Below are positions 17,577 through 26,557 of a stretch of DNA of 32,000 nucleotides, one piece after another. The notes under the pieces are model-generated. The model had not been told where the DNA came from. It saw only the letters and a program-made list of their open reading frames with translations, and did no database searches. The translations under genes and the position numbers were made by a program. Positions within the stretch are counted from its first letter, which is position 1. Each line of letters opens with the position of its first letter. The DNA is from Cupriavidus necator (GTDB taxonomy: Bacteria > Pseudomonadota > Gammaproteobacteria > Burkholderiales > Burkholderiaceae): NCBI RefSeq assembly GCF_016127575.1, contig NZ_CP066018.1:1950001-1982000 (forward strand), in the 5' to 3' direction.

Positions 17577-19328
17577 TTACAAGCGGGTGCGCTCTTGCGC
17601 GAGTTGATACAGGCGGTTCCACAGCAGCCGGTTGAAGCCGACCACGAACAGCGCCATCACGACTATGCCCAGCGCAATGCGCGGGAAGTCGCCGCGCGCG
17701 GTGGTCTCGGCGATGTAGCTGCCGAGCCCGGTGGCGACGATGGTGCGGTCGCCCCAGGTCACGTACTCGGACACGATGCTCGCGTTCCACGAGCCGCCGG
17801 CGGCGGTCACCAGCCCGGTCAGCAGGCTCGGGAACACCGCGGGGATCAGGAAGCGCTTCCACAGCAGCCAGCCACGCAGGCCGAAATTGCGCGTGGCGAG
17901 CTTCAGTTCGGTGGGAATGCCCGACGCCCCCGCGACCACGTTGAACAGGATGTACCACTGCGTGCCGAAGATCAGCAGCGGGCTCAGCCAGATCTCCGGG
18001 TTCAGCCCGAAGCGCACGATCAGCATCACCGCCAGCGGGAACATCAGGTTGGCCGGGAAGGCGGCCAGGAACTGCGCGATCGGCTGGGCAATGCGCGCCA
18101 GTTCCGGGCTCAGGCCGATGCGGATGCCGATCGGCACCCACACCAGCGCCGCCAGCGCGATCAGCACCACCACGCGCACCATCGTGATCGTGCCGAGCCA
18201 CAGCACATGGCCGACTTCGGCCCAGCCCACCTCGCTGTGCACGAAGTAGCCCACGCGCAGCAACGCGGCCAATGCCACCAGCACGATCACGGCGTCGCGC
18301 ACGCGGCCGAACCAAAGCGCGCGCCGCGGATTGTCCGGCTGCGCCGGGGCCTGCCCGCGGCGCGCGCCCCACGCCAGCGTGCGCCCGGCCAGCGCCGCCG
18401 TCTGCGCCAGCACTGCACCCACCCACGCCGAGCGGCGCAGCAGGTCCAGCAGCCACGACTGCGGCAGCTTGTCCTGCGCCTGGGTCTCGAAGCGGAAGCG
18501 GTCGGCCCATGCCACCAGCGGGCGGAACAGCAGCTGGTCGTACAGCAGGATGCCCGCCAGCATCGCCAGGATGGCCCAGCCGATCGCGGCCAGGTCCTGC
18601 TGCTGGATCGCCAGCGCGATATAGGAGCCGATCCCAGGCAGGCGGATGTCGTGGCCGGATACCGAGATCGCCTCGGACGCCACCACGAAGAACCAGCCGC
18701 CGGACATCGACATCATCATGTTCCACAGCAGCCCCGGCATGGCGAACGGCACTTCCAGCCGCCAGAAGCGCTGCCACGGCGACAGCCGGAACATGGCCGC
18801 CGCTTCCATCAAATCGCCCGGGATGGTGCGGAACGACTGGTACAGGCTGAACGCCATGTTCCACGCCTGCGAGGTGAAGATGGCGAAGATCGCCGCGCAC
18901 TCGACCCCTGCGATATTGCCGGGAAAGAGGGCGATAAAGCCGGTCACGGTGATCGACAGGAAGCCCAGCACGGGTATCGACTGCAGGATGTCCAGCGCCG
19001 GCACCAGCACCTTCTCCGCCGTGCGGCTCTTTGACGCCAGCGCGGCAAACGCCAGCGAGAACAGCAGCGACGCCGCCAGCGCCGCCAGCATGCGGATGCT
19101 GGTGCGCATCAGGTAGTAGGGCAGGTAGGCCACGTCCAGGTGCACCGCCAGCTGCTGGTCGGGCTGGAACGGGGCGTTCATCTGCTGCGCGGTGAACGCG
19201 ATCATCACGATCACGGCCAGGATGATCGGCAGCAGGGCCAGGTCGAAGCGGTTGGGCGGGGCGCGCAGCAGCTGGCTGTCAAAGCCAGGGGCGGGCGGGG
19301 CCGCGCGGCGGTCGGCGGGTGGCATCAT
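17577..19328 (-). CDS. ABC transporter permease, duplicated (two fused NitT/TauT-type permease domains)
   Basis: Start at MMPPADRR (ATG 19328). 583 aa, about 12 TM. Two copies of the permease coupling region: FRLSPWQRFWRLEVPFAMPGL and FGLRGWLLWKRFLIPAVFPSL. The stop lies 8 nt before the ATPase ATG. Confidence 0.85.
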   Translation of the reverse strand: MMPPADRRAAPPAPGFDSQLLRAPPNRFDLALLPIILAVIVMIAFTAQQMNAPFQPDQQLAVHLDVAYLPYYLMRTSIRMLAALAASLLFSLAFAALASKSRTAEKVLVPALDILQSIPVLGFLSITVTGFIALFPGNIAGVECAAIFAIFTSQAWNMAFSLYQSFRTIPGDLMEAAAMFRLSPWQRFWRLEVPFAMPGLLWNMMMSMSGGWFFVVASEAISVSGHDIRLPGIGSYIALAIQQQDLAAIGWAILAMLAGILLYDQLLFRPLVAWADRFRFETQAQDKLPQSWLLDLLRRSAWVGAVLAQTAALAGRTLAWGARRGQAPAQPDNPRRALWFGRVRDAVIVLVALAALLRVGYFVHSEVGWAEVGHVLWLGTITMVRVVVLIALAALVWVPIGIRIGLSPELARIAQPIAQFLAAFPANLMFPLAVMLIVRFGLNPEIWLSPLLIFGTQWYILFNVVAGASGIPTELKLATRNFGLRGWLLWKRFLIPAVFPSLLTGLVTAAGGSWNASIVSEYVTWGDRTIVATGLGSYIAETTARGDFPRIALGIVVMALFVVGFNRLLWNRLYQLAQERTRL

Positions 19329-19539
19329 GGGCGCTTCTCGGGCTGTATCGAGCTTGGATGGCAAGGCTTGTGGCCCAGCCCTGATTCGCGGCCCTGGCGG
19401 ACAATGGCAAAGCCCGCATGCCGCCGGCTTCACGCCGGGCGGCGCGCATCCCTTTGTAACGCCCGGCATGGCGGTCTAGTTTACTTGGTGTGGATGACAG
19501 ATCGCGCACGCTGCCGGCGTGCGCCCAAAGGGAAAAGCC

Positions 19540-19818
19540 ATGAAGAAGGAAACCTGGCGCCTGGTCGCGCATGGGCGCGTGCAGGGCGTGGGCTACCGCG
19601 CCGCCTGCGCCGACGCGGCGGACGACCTTGAGCTTGGCGGCTGGGTGCGCAACCGGCTCGACGGCACCGTCGAGGTGATGGCGCACGGCACGGTCAGGCA
19701 GCTCGAAGCCCTGCAGGCGTGGATGGAACAGGGCCCGCCGGCCGCGCAGGTGACGCTGGTCGAGGTCGGGCCTGGGGAAGGGGAGTTTGCCGGTTTCGAA
19801 TTCCGGCCGACGATCTGA
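19540..19818 (+). CDS. acyP: Acylphosphatase
   Basis: 92 aa from ATG 19540 (GGGAAAAG upstream). Signature motifs [10 protein letters not shown] and [13 protein letters not shown]. Confidence 0.9.
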   Translation: MKKETWRLVAHGRVQGVGYRAACADAADDLELGGWVRNRLDGTVEVMAHGTVRQLEALQAWMEQGPPAAQVTLVEVGPGEGEFAGFEFRPTI

Positions 19819-19822
19819 TGGA

Positions 19823-20599
19823 CTAGGCCGCGGTCCAGTCGACCGGCGTGCGGCCGTTCGCTTCCAGCCAGCGGTTGGCCTCGCGGAAGTGCCCGCAGCC
19901 CAGGAAGCCCCGGTGCGCCGACAGCGGCGACGGATGCGGCGCTTCCAGCACGCAGTGGCCGGCGCCCAGCAGCGGCTTCTTGGCCTGCGCGTGGCTGCCC
20001 CACAGCATGAACACAAGACTCGGGCGGCTGGCGGCGAGGTTCTGGATCAGGCAATCGGTGACGGCTTCCCAGCCTCGCCGCGCATGGCTGGCGGCCTGGC
20101 CCTGTTCCACCGTCAGCACGGTGTTGAGCAGCAGCACGCCCTGGCGCGCCCAGCCTTCCAGGTTGCCGGAGGCGCGCGGCGCGCAGTTGTCGTTGGCACC
20201 GAACTCCGCGGCGATTTCCTTGAAGATGTTGCGCAGACTGGGCGGCACTTTGATGCCTTCCGGCACCGAGAACGCCAGCCCGTGCGCCTGCGGCAGCTCA
20301 ACGCCGCCGACCGTGCCGGTGCCGTGGTAGGGGTCCTGGCCCAGGATCACCACCTTGACCGCGTCGGGCGGGGTCAGGTGCAGCGCGTGGAAGACATGGT
20401 GCGGGAATACCGGCTTGCCGGCGGCACGTTCGCCGTCGACAAAGGCGGCCAGCTCCTGCCACGCCGGCACGCGGATGCACGGGTCCAGCAATGTGCGCCA
20501 GGCGGCGGGCAGGGCGTCGGCCTGGGCCTGCAGGCTGGCGGCAGGGGACGGTTCGCCGGGGACGCGGGGGGCTTCGGCGGCGAAGAGATCGGCTTGCAT
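19823..20599 (-). CDS. ung: Uracil-DNA glycosylase (family 1)
   Basis: Start MQADLF (ATG 20599). ILGQDPYH water-activating loop, QAHGLAFSV, GVLLLNTVLTV, and HPSPLSAHRGF leucine-intercalation loop. Confidence 0.93.
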   Translation of the reverse strand: MQADLFAAEAPRVPGEPSPAASLQAQADALPAAWRTLLDPCIRVPAWQELAAFVDGERAAGKPVFPHHVFHALHLTPPDAVKVVILGQDPYHGTGTVGGVELPQAHGLAFSVPEGIKVPPSLRNIFKEIAAEFGANDNCAPRASGNLEGWARQGVLLLNTVLTVEQGQAASHARRGWEAVTDCLIQNLAASRPSLVFMLWGSHAQAKKPLLGAGHCVLEAPHPSPLSAHRGFLGCGHFREANRWLEANGRTPVDWTAA

Positions 20600-20630
20600 G
20601 TGTAAGGAAAGCTTGGCGGGAAAACCGCGA

Positions 20631-21260
20631 TTATGAGGCCTTGCTTTCGGCGATTCCCGCCAGGCGGTAGCCGCGGGCGGCCTTGCTAAGGTCCGACGGT
20701 GCCAGCGCGGCAACGGTGGCCAGCCGCGCGGCAAAGGCGCGCAGGGCATCGGCCGCGTGCGCGGCGTCGCCATCGAGCCATTCCAGTTCGAGTTCCTGGA
20801 TGGGTTCCTGCGCGGCGCTGGCCGGCGCGGCGATGGTGCCGGTGTCGAGCGCGGCCTCGATGCGGGCGCCGTCCTGCGTGACCAGCCAGGTGCGGCGGAC
20901 GAAGTCGGTGCGGAACACCGGTGCCAGCCGGCCGATCAGTGGCGCGAGCACGGTTTGCGCTTCCGCGGGAAAGGTTTGCAGCTCGATGGCCTCGCCGGCG
21001 ATCTCCGTCTCCCATTCATGGCGCGTGGCCAGGCCGCCCTGGCTGCTGCCGGCGGTCTTCAGCGTCTGCAGCCATTGCGCGCCCTTGCGGCGCAGCCGCA
21101 GCGCGGCGCGCGCCTGTGCCAGGTCACGTTGCGGGGTATCGAGGTAGACGTTGAGCAGCGTGGCTTCGCCCTGCGGGGCGCCGTTGGCGTCGAGCCAGGC
21201 GGCCAGCGGGGCCAGCGCGTCGTCGGGGACGGCGAGTTTCAGTTCGATTTCCTGGGGCAT
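20631..21260 (-). CDS. CYTH-domain protein (YgiF-like inorganic triphosphatase domain, no CHAD domain)
   Basis: Start MPQEIELKLAV (ATG 21260) carries the ExExK motif. Near-collinear with the E. coli YgiF N-terminal half (LLNVYLDTP, LRLRRKG, FRTDFVRRTWLV, ELELEWLDGD, LSKAARGYRLA). It ends at 209 aa. Confidence 0.85.
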   Translation of the reverse strand: MPQEIELKLAVPDDALAPLAAWLDANGAPQGEATLLNVYLDTPQRDLAQARAALRLRRKGAQWLQTLKTAGSSQGGLATRHEWETEIAGEAIELQTFPAEAQTVLAPLIGRLAPVFRTDFVRRTWLVTQDGARIEAALDTGTIAAPASAAQEPIQELELEWLDGDAAHAADALRAFAARLATVAALAPSDLSKAARGYRLAGIAESKAS

Positions 21261-21322
21261 GGCAGCAGGCGATTTCAGAGGGTTGGCGAGGGCGATGTCT
21301 TTCCAGTCACCGCTAGCCGGCC

Positions 21323-21347
21323 CCCTCTCCCGCTTGCGGGAGAAGGG
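21323..21347. repeat. REP-like GC-rich palindrome downstream of trpC
   Basis: CCCTCTCCCGC-TT-GCGGGAGAAGGG. An 8-bp perfect core stem that extends to about 10 bp with one mismatch, and no U-tract. Resembles the CTCTCCCGC..GCGGGAGAG intergenic palindromes common in proteobacteria. Only one copy in this window. Confidence 0.35.
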
Positions 21348-21381
21348 AGCAAACCGCCAGCGTGCGTCGGCAGGCGTTAGC

Positions 21382-22185
21382 TCAGGCAAACAGCCGTGCC
21401 AGCTCCACGCCCGGATCCGGCGCCCGCATAAACGCTTCGCCCACCAGGAACGCATGCACGTTGGCATCGCGCATGCGCTTCACATCGGCCTGGCCGAGGA
21501 TGCCGGACTCGGTCACCACCAGCTTGTCGGCCGGCATATGCGGCAGCAGGTCCAGCGTGTTGTCCAGCGACACCTCGAAGGTGCGCAGGTTGCGGTTGTT
21601 CACGCCGAGCAGCGGCGTTTTCAGGCGCAGCGCCGCGTCGAGCTCGTCGTCGCCGTGCACTTCCACCAGCACATCCATGCCGAGCTCAAGCGCACAGGCT
21701 TCCAGTTCGGCCATCAGGCCCGGGTCCAGCGCGGCGACGATCAGCAGGATGCAGTCGGCGCCCCAGGTGCGCGCTTCATACACCTGGTACAGGTCGACCA
21801 TGAAGTCCTTGCGCAGGGCCGGCAATGGGCAGGCGCCGCGGGCGCGCTTCAGGTAGTCGGCGTGTCCCTGGAAGAAGTTCACGTCGGTCAGCACCGATAA
21901 ACAGGCAGCGCCATGGCTGGCGTAGCTTTCGGCAATGGCCTCGGGCACGAAGTGCTCGCGCAGCACGCCCTTGGACGGCGATGCCTTCTTGACCTCGGCG
22001 ATCACGCCGGCCTGGCCGGCGGCGATCTTCTCGCGCAGCGCGCGCTCAAAGCCGCGCGGTGCCAGGCCCGGCTCAGTGCGCAGGCTTTCGGCCTCCGCGC
22101 GCAGGCTGGGCAGGTCGCGCTTCTTGCGTGCGGCGGCGACCTCGTCGGCCTTTACGGCCAGGATCTTTTGCAGGATGTCGGACAT
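21382..22185 (-). CDS. trpC: Indole-3-glycerol phosphate synthase
   Basis: 267 aa. [12 protein letters not shown] motif and (beta/alpha)8 pattern. Sits in a trp gene array. Confidence 0.95.
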   Translation of the reverse strand: MSDILQKILAVKADEVAAARKKRDLPSLRAEAESLRTEPGLAPRGFERALREKIAAGQAGVIAEVKKASPSKGVLREHFVPEAIAESYASHGAACLSVLTDVNFFQGHADYLKRARGACPLPALRKDFMVDLYQVYEARTWGADCILLIVAALDPGLMAELEACALELGMDVLVEVHGDDELDAALRLKTPLLGVNNRNLRTFEVSLDNTLDLLPHMPADKLVVTESGILGQADVKRMRDANVHAFLVGEAFMRAPDPGVELARLFA

Positions 22186-22196
22186 ATTCGCGTCTC

Positions 22197-23222
22197 TTAC
22201 TTGAACTGCTGGGTGGCGCGCACGAACTGGTCGAGCTTCTCTTGCGCCGCGCCGCTGGCAATCGCCTCGCGCGCGCGGCGGATGCCGTCTTCGACGGAGT
22301 CGGCCACGTTGGCGGCGTACAGCGCGGTGCCGGCGTTCAGCGAGACGATCTCGCGCGGCGTGCCCGGTACGTTGGTCAGCGCTTCAAGCAGCATTTCCTT
22401 CGACTCCGTCGCATCGGCCACCTTCAGGCCGCGGTTGGAGATCATCTGCAGGCCGAAGTCCTCGGGGTGGATCTCATATTCGCGCACCTCGCCGTCCTTC
22501 AGTTCGCCCACCAGCGTGGCGGCGCCAAGCGAAACCTCGTCCATGCCGTCCTTGCCGTACACAACGATGGCATGCTTCGCGCCCAGGCGCTGCATCACGC
22601 GCACCTGGATGCCGACCAGGTCGGGATGGAACACGCCCATCAGGATGTTGGGCGCATCGGCCGGGTTGGTCAGCGGGCCCAGGATATTGAAGATGGTGCG
22701 CACGCCCATCTCCTTGCGGATCGGGGCGACGTTCTTCATCGCCGGGTGGTGCGTGGGCGCGAACATGAAGCCGATGCCGGTCTCTTCGATGCACTGGCCG
22801 ACCTGCTCGGGCGTCAGCATGATGTTCACGCCCAGCGCTTCCAGCACGTCCGCGCTGCCCGACTTGGAGCTGACGCCGCGGTTGCCATGCTTGGCGATCT
22901 TGGCGCCGGCGGCGGCCGCGACGAACATCGATGCGGTCGAGATATTGAAGGTGTGCGAGCCATCGCCGCCGGTGCCGACGATATCGACGAAGTTCTCGCG
23001 ATCGGCCACCGGCACCTTGTTGGCGAACTCGCGCATTACCTGCGCGGCGGCGGAGATCTCGCCGATGGTTTCCTTCTTGACGCGCAGGCCGGTCAGGATT
23101 GCGGCGGCCATCACCGGCGAGATCTGCCCCTGCATGATCTGCCGCATCAGGTGCAGCATCTCGTCATGGAAGATTTCGCGGTGCTCGATGCAGCGCGTCA
23201 GGGCTTCTTGCGGCGTGATCAT
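22197..23222 (-). CDS. trpD: Anthranilate phosphoribosyltransferase
   Basis: [14 protein letters not shown] and [21 protein letters not shown] motifs. The [23 protein letters not shown]-terminus matches the usual start in Burkholderiales TrpD. An alternative upstream ATG at 23288 overlaps the trpG stop. Confidence 0.9.
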   Translation of the reverse strand: MITPQEALTRCIEHREIFHDEMLHLMRQIMQGQISPVMAAAILTGLRVKKETIGEISAAAQVMREFANKVPVADRENFVDIVGTGGDGSHTFNISTASMFVAAAAGAKIAKHGNRGVSSKSGSADVLEALGVNIMLTPEQVGQCIEETGIGFMFAPTHHPAMKNVAPIRKEMGVRTIFNILGPLTNPADAPNILMGVFHPDLVGIQVRVMQRLGAKHAIVVYGKDGMDEVSLGAATLVGELKDGEVREYEIHPEDFGLQMISNRGLKVADATESKEMLLEALTNVPGTPREIVSLNAGTALYAANVADSVEDGIRRAREAIASGAAQEKLDQFVRATQQFK

Positions 23223-23284
23223 GGCGTTCTCGTTGACAGTCTGGATGGCGTGGTGCGGGCTGGAAGGTGCGGAATCGAGCAGTC

Positions 23285-23854
23285 TCATCGCGGCGCCTTG
23301 ACGAAGTTGGCCAGCAGCGCATGGCCATGTTCGGACAGGATCGACTCGGGATGGAACTGCACGCCTTCAACGGCGAGCGTCTTGTGGCGCACGCCCATGA
23401 TCTCGCCGTCCGGGGTCCAGGCGGTGATCTCCAGGCAATCGGGCAGGGTTTCGCGCTCGATCGCAAGTGAATGATAGCGCGTCACGTCGAAGTGCCTGGG
23501 CAGTCCGGCGAACACGCCTTGCTGCGTGGTCTCGATGGTGCTGACCTTGCCGTGCATCACCTGCTTGGCGCGGATCACCTTGCCGCCAAAGGCCTCGCCG
23601 ATGGCCTGGTGGCCCAGGCACACGCCCAGCAGCGGGATCTTGCCGGCAAAGTGCTGCAGCGCCGCCACCGAGATGCCGGCTTCCTTCGGGCTGCACGGCC
23701 CGGGCGAGACGCAGATGTGGTCCGGCTTGAGCGCCTCGATCTCCTCGATGGTGATCTCGTCGTTGCGGTAGGTGCGCACGTCCTCGCCCAGTTCGCCGAA
23801 ATACTGGACCAGGTTATAGGTGAACGAATCGTAGTTGTCGATCATCAGCAGCAT
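23285..23854 (-). CDS. trpG: Anthranilate synthase component II (glutamine amidotransferase)
   Basis: Start [19 protein letters not shown] (ATG 23854, AGGAGA upstream). Catalytic GVCLGHQ and VQFHPES motifs. 189 aa. Confidence 0.95.
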   Translation of the reverse strand: MLLMIDNYDSFTYNLVQYFGELGEDVRTYRNDEITIEEIEALKPDHICVSPGPCSPKEAGISVAALQHFAGKIPLLGVCLGHQAIGEAFGGKVIRAKQVMHGKVSTIETTQQGVFAGLPRHFDVTRYHSLAIERETLPDCLEITAWTPDGEIMGVRHKTLAVEGVQFHPESILSEHGHALLANFVKAPR

Positions 23855-23874
23855 GGCGTCTGTCTCCTGTTCTC

Positions 23875-25392
23875 TCAGATGTCGGAGTCCAGGCCATCCT
23901 GGACCTGCTCGGCGGCGCGGATCACGGCGCGCGCCTTGGCTTCGGTTTCCCTCCATTCGGCTTCGGGATCCGAATCGGCAACGATGCCGGCGGCGGCTTG
24001 CACGTAGAGGTTGCCGTCCTTGACGATGCCGGTGCGGATCGCGATCGCCAGGTCCATCTCGCCGCCGAACGACAGGTAGCCCACCGCGCCGCCATAGATG
24101 CCACGCTTGCGCGGTTCCAGCTCGTCGATGATCTCCATCGCATGGACCTTGGGCGCGCCCGACAGCGTGCCGGCCGGGAAGGTCGCGCGCAGCACGTCCA
24201 GGTTGCTGATGCCCTCGCGCAGCGTGCCTTCGACCGAGCTGACGATATGCTGCACGTGCGAGTACTTCTCGATCACCATCTTGTCGGTGACCTTGACCGA
24301 ACCAGTTTCGGCGATGCGGCCGATATCGTTGCGCGCAAGGTCGATCAGCATCACGTGCTCGGCGATCTCCTTCGGATCCTGCAGCAGCTCGGTGGCGAGC
24401 TGGGCGTCCTTCTCCGGCGTATTGCCACGCGGGCGCGTGCCGGCCAGCGGGCGGATGGTGACGATGTGTTCGCTGCGCATGTCGCCGTTGGTGCCGACCT
24501 TGCGCTCTTCCTGGCGCACCAGGATCTCCGGCGAGGCGCCCACCACCTGGAAGTCGCCGAAGTTGTAGAAGTACATGTACGGCGACGGGTTCAGCGAACG
24601 CAGCGCGCGGTACAGCGAAAGCGGCGCGTCACGGTAAGGCTTGACCAGGCGCTGCCCGATCTGCACCTGCATCATGTCGCCGGCCATGATGTATTCCTTG
24701 GCCTTGTGCACCGCGGCCAGGTAGTCGGCCTTGGCGAATTCGCGGTAGACCTCGGTCTGCACCGACGGGCTGGTGACCGGCACATCCACCGGCTGGCGCA
24801 GCTTCATGCGCAGCTCGCGCAGGCGCTGGCGGGCGCGCGAATAGGCTTCCGGCGTGGTCGGGTCGGCGTAGACGATCAGGTAGAGCTTGCCCGACAGGTT
24901 GTCGATGACGGCCAGTTCCTCGCACAGCAGCAGCTGGATGTCCGGCAGGTTCAGGTCATCGGGCTTGTGCGTGTCGGCGAGCTTCTTCTCGATATAGCGC
25001 ACCGCGTCGTAGCCGAAGTAGCCGGCCAGGCCGCCGCAGAAGCGTGGCAGCCCCGGGCGCAGCGCCACCTTGAAGCGCTGTTCGAACTCGGCGATGAAGT
25101 CGAGTGGGTTGCCTTCGTGGGTTTCCACCACCTTGCCGTCGGTCACCACCTCGGTGCGGTTGCCGAAGGCGCGCAGCAGCGTGCGGGCATGCAGGCCGAT
25201 AAACGAAAAGCGCCCGAAGCGCTCGCCGCCCACCACCGATTCCAGCAGGAAGGTGTTGACGCCGCGCGTCTGCGACTGGGCCAGCTTCAGGTACAGCGAC
25301 AGCGGCGTTTCCAGGTCGGCAAAGGCCTCGGCGATCAGCGGGATGCGGTTGTAGCCCTGGTCGGCCAGCGATTTGAATTCCAGTTCGGTCAT
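23875..25392 (-). CDS. trpE: Anthranilate synthase component I
   Basis: Start [19 protein letters not shown] (ATG 25392, AGAGGA upstream). LLESV Trp-feedback region, [10 protein letters not shown], and [15 protein letters not shown] chorismate-binding motifs. 505 aa. Confidence 0.95.
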   Translation of the reverse strand: MTELEFKSLADQGYNRIPLIAEAFADLETPLSLYLKLAQSQTRGVNTFLLESVVGGERFGRFSFIGLHARTLLRAFGNRTEVVTDGKVVETHEGNPLDFIAEFEQRFKVALRPGLPRFCGGLAGYFGYDAVRYIEKKLADTHKPDDLNLPDIQLLLCEELAVIDNLSGKLYLIVYADPTTPEAYSRARQRLRELRMKLRQPVDVPVTSPSVQTEVYREFAKADYLAAVHKAKEYIMAGDMMQVQIGQRLVKPYRDAPLSLYRALRSLNPSPYMYFYNFGDFQVVGASPEILVRQEERKVGTNGDMRSEHIVTIRPLAGTRPRGNTPEKDAQLATELLQDPKEIAEHVMLIDLARNDIGRIAETGSVKVTDKMVIEKYSHVQHIVSSVEGTLREGISNLDVLRATFPAGTLSGAPKVHAMEIIDELEPRKRGIYGGAVGYLSFGGEMDLAIAIRTGIVKDGNLYVQAAAGIVADSDPEAEWRETEAKARAVIRAAEQVQDGLDSDI

Positions 25393-25687
25393 GTCGGTCC
25401 TCTTGTGCGGCGCGCGCTGCGCGGTGGAGGGGCGCGGCGCCGCTTGTCGGCAATCAGGCTGGAGCGAATGGATACCCGCCCCGTTGGCGGGCCGTGGTGC
25501 AAGCGGCTTGCGGACAAGACTGCACACGGCCGGGGAAGGGCGTGCGGCGCGTTCTTGAGCTAAACGTAGCACACGAATATGGCGGCTACGCTGGCTTGCG
25601 GCGGGTTTTGGTGGGAATGCCCGGCAGCTGGGCCGGTGTGGCGAGGCCCTCGGGTCGAGGGCTCGTCAGCAGACTCGCGAACGCACT

Positions 25688-25774
25688 TTACGCCTGTTGG
25701 GAGGCGCGCCAGCGACGCCAGGGCCAAGCCTGCCGATCACTGCCAGAAGAGATGCGTTTGCGGTTGAGAAACAT
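25688..25774 (-). promoter_or_regulatory. Candidate Trp-rich leader peptide ORF upstream of trpE (28 codons)
   Basis: This is the only ATG-initiated ORF in the 421-nt gph-trpE spacer on the trpE strand: MFLNRKRISSGSDRQAWPWRRWRASQQA*. Three TGG codons fall within 6 codons. No SD, and no clean terminator or U-tract identified downstream. Confidence 0.3.
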
Positions 25775-25813
25775 GAAATGTTTGGGGTTTGGTCGGGATC
25801 GACGAAATTCGGA

Positions 25814-26557
25814 CTATCGATGACCTGCCCAGTGTGCTGCAAACAGCGCTGCGGCGTGGGCAATGGAGTCGACTATACCATCGGCGTCAACGGCTTGTAC
25901 AGGGTTGCCATGGTTGTAGCCATAGGGCACCAGCAGCACGCCCATGCCGGCCGCGCGGGCCGCCTGCGCGTCGTTTTCCGAGTCGCCCAGCGCCGCCATT
26001 GCCGACGGCTCCAGCCCGAAGGCGTCGGCCACTTTCAGCAGCGGGAAGGGGTCGGGCTTGCGCAGCGGGAAGGCGTCGCCACCGTAGACCAGCTCGAAGT
26101 ACTGGGCGAGGCCGGTCTTGGCCAGCAGCGGCTCGGTGAAGCTGTAGGGCTTGTTGGTCACGCAGGCCAGGCGCAGCCCGGCCGCCTTCATCGCCGCCAG
26201 GCCTTCGCGCACGCCGGGGTAGACCTGCGAGAACTGGCCGTTGATGCGGATGTACTCGCGGTCGTACAGCGCATAGGCGTCGGCGAACAGGCTGTTGGCG
26301 TGCAGCGGCGAGAAGCGCGCGTCCAGCACGCGCCGGATCAGGTTTTCCGAGCCCTTGCCTACATAGCTGACGATCTCCGCCTCCGACATCGGCGCTGCCG
26401 GCCCCAGGTTGGGGTGCTGGCGGCCCAGCGCCAGCAGCATGGCGTTGATCGAGGCGTGGAAGTCGCCCGCGGTGTCGACCATGGTGCCGTCGAGGTCGAC
26501 GATCACGCCTTCGATGCCGCGCCAGTCGTTGCGGCGCAGGAACACGCCCTCGGTCAT
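25814..26557 (-). CDS. gph: Phosphoglycolate phosphatase (HAD superfamily)
   Basis: 247 aa. HAD motif [17 protein letters not shown] motif, and [14 protein letters not shown] motif. ATG overlaps the rpe stop (ATGA). Confidence 0.9.
   Translation of the reverse strand: MTEGVFLRRNDWRGIEGVIVDLDGTMVDTAGDFHASINAMLLALGRQHPNLGPAAPMSEAEIVSYVGKGSENLIRRVLDARFSPLHANSLFADAYALYDREYIRINGQFSQVYPGVREGLAAMKAAGLRLACVTNKPYSFTEPLLAKTGLAQYFELVYGGDAFPLRKPDPFPLLKVADAFGLEPSAMAALGDSENDAQAARAAGMGVLLVPYGYNHGNPVQAVDADGIVDSIAHAAALFAAHWAGHR

Noticed and set aside
21913-25563. + strand ORFs 21913-23301, 22059-23474 and 23998-25563
   Set aside because: Antisense to trpD, trpG and trpE.
25393-25813. TrpR-type operator or T-box upstream of trpE
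   Set aside because: No sequence resembling the E. coli trp operator palindrome (ACTAGT-type half sites) and no T-box specifier or antiterminator features. Only the leader-peptide hypothesis is retained, at low confidence.
25494-25863. ORFs inside the gph-trpE spacer: 25494-25823 (+), 25579-25767 (+), 25666-25863 (-)
   Set aside because: No SD, odd Arg/Gly/Cys-rich composition, and one overlaps the gph 3' end. I treat the spacer as non-coding apart from the short Trp-rich leader candidate.
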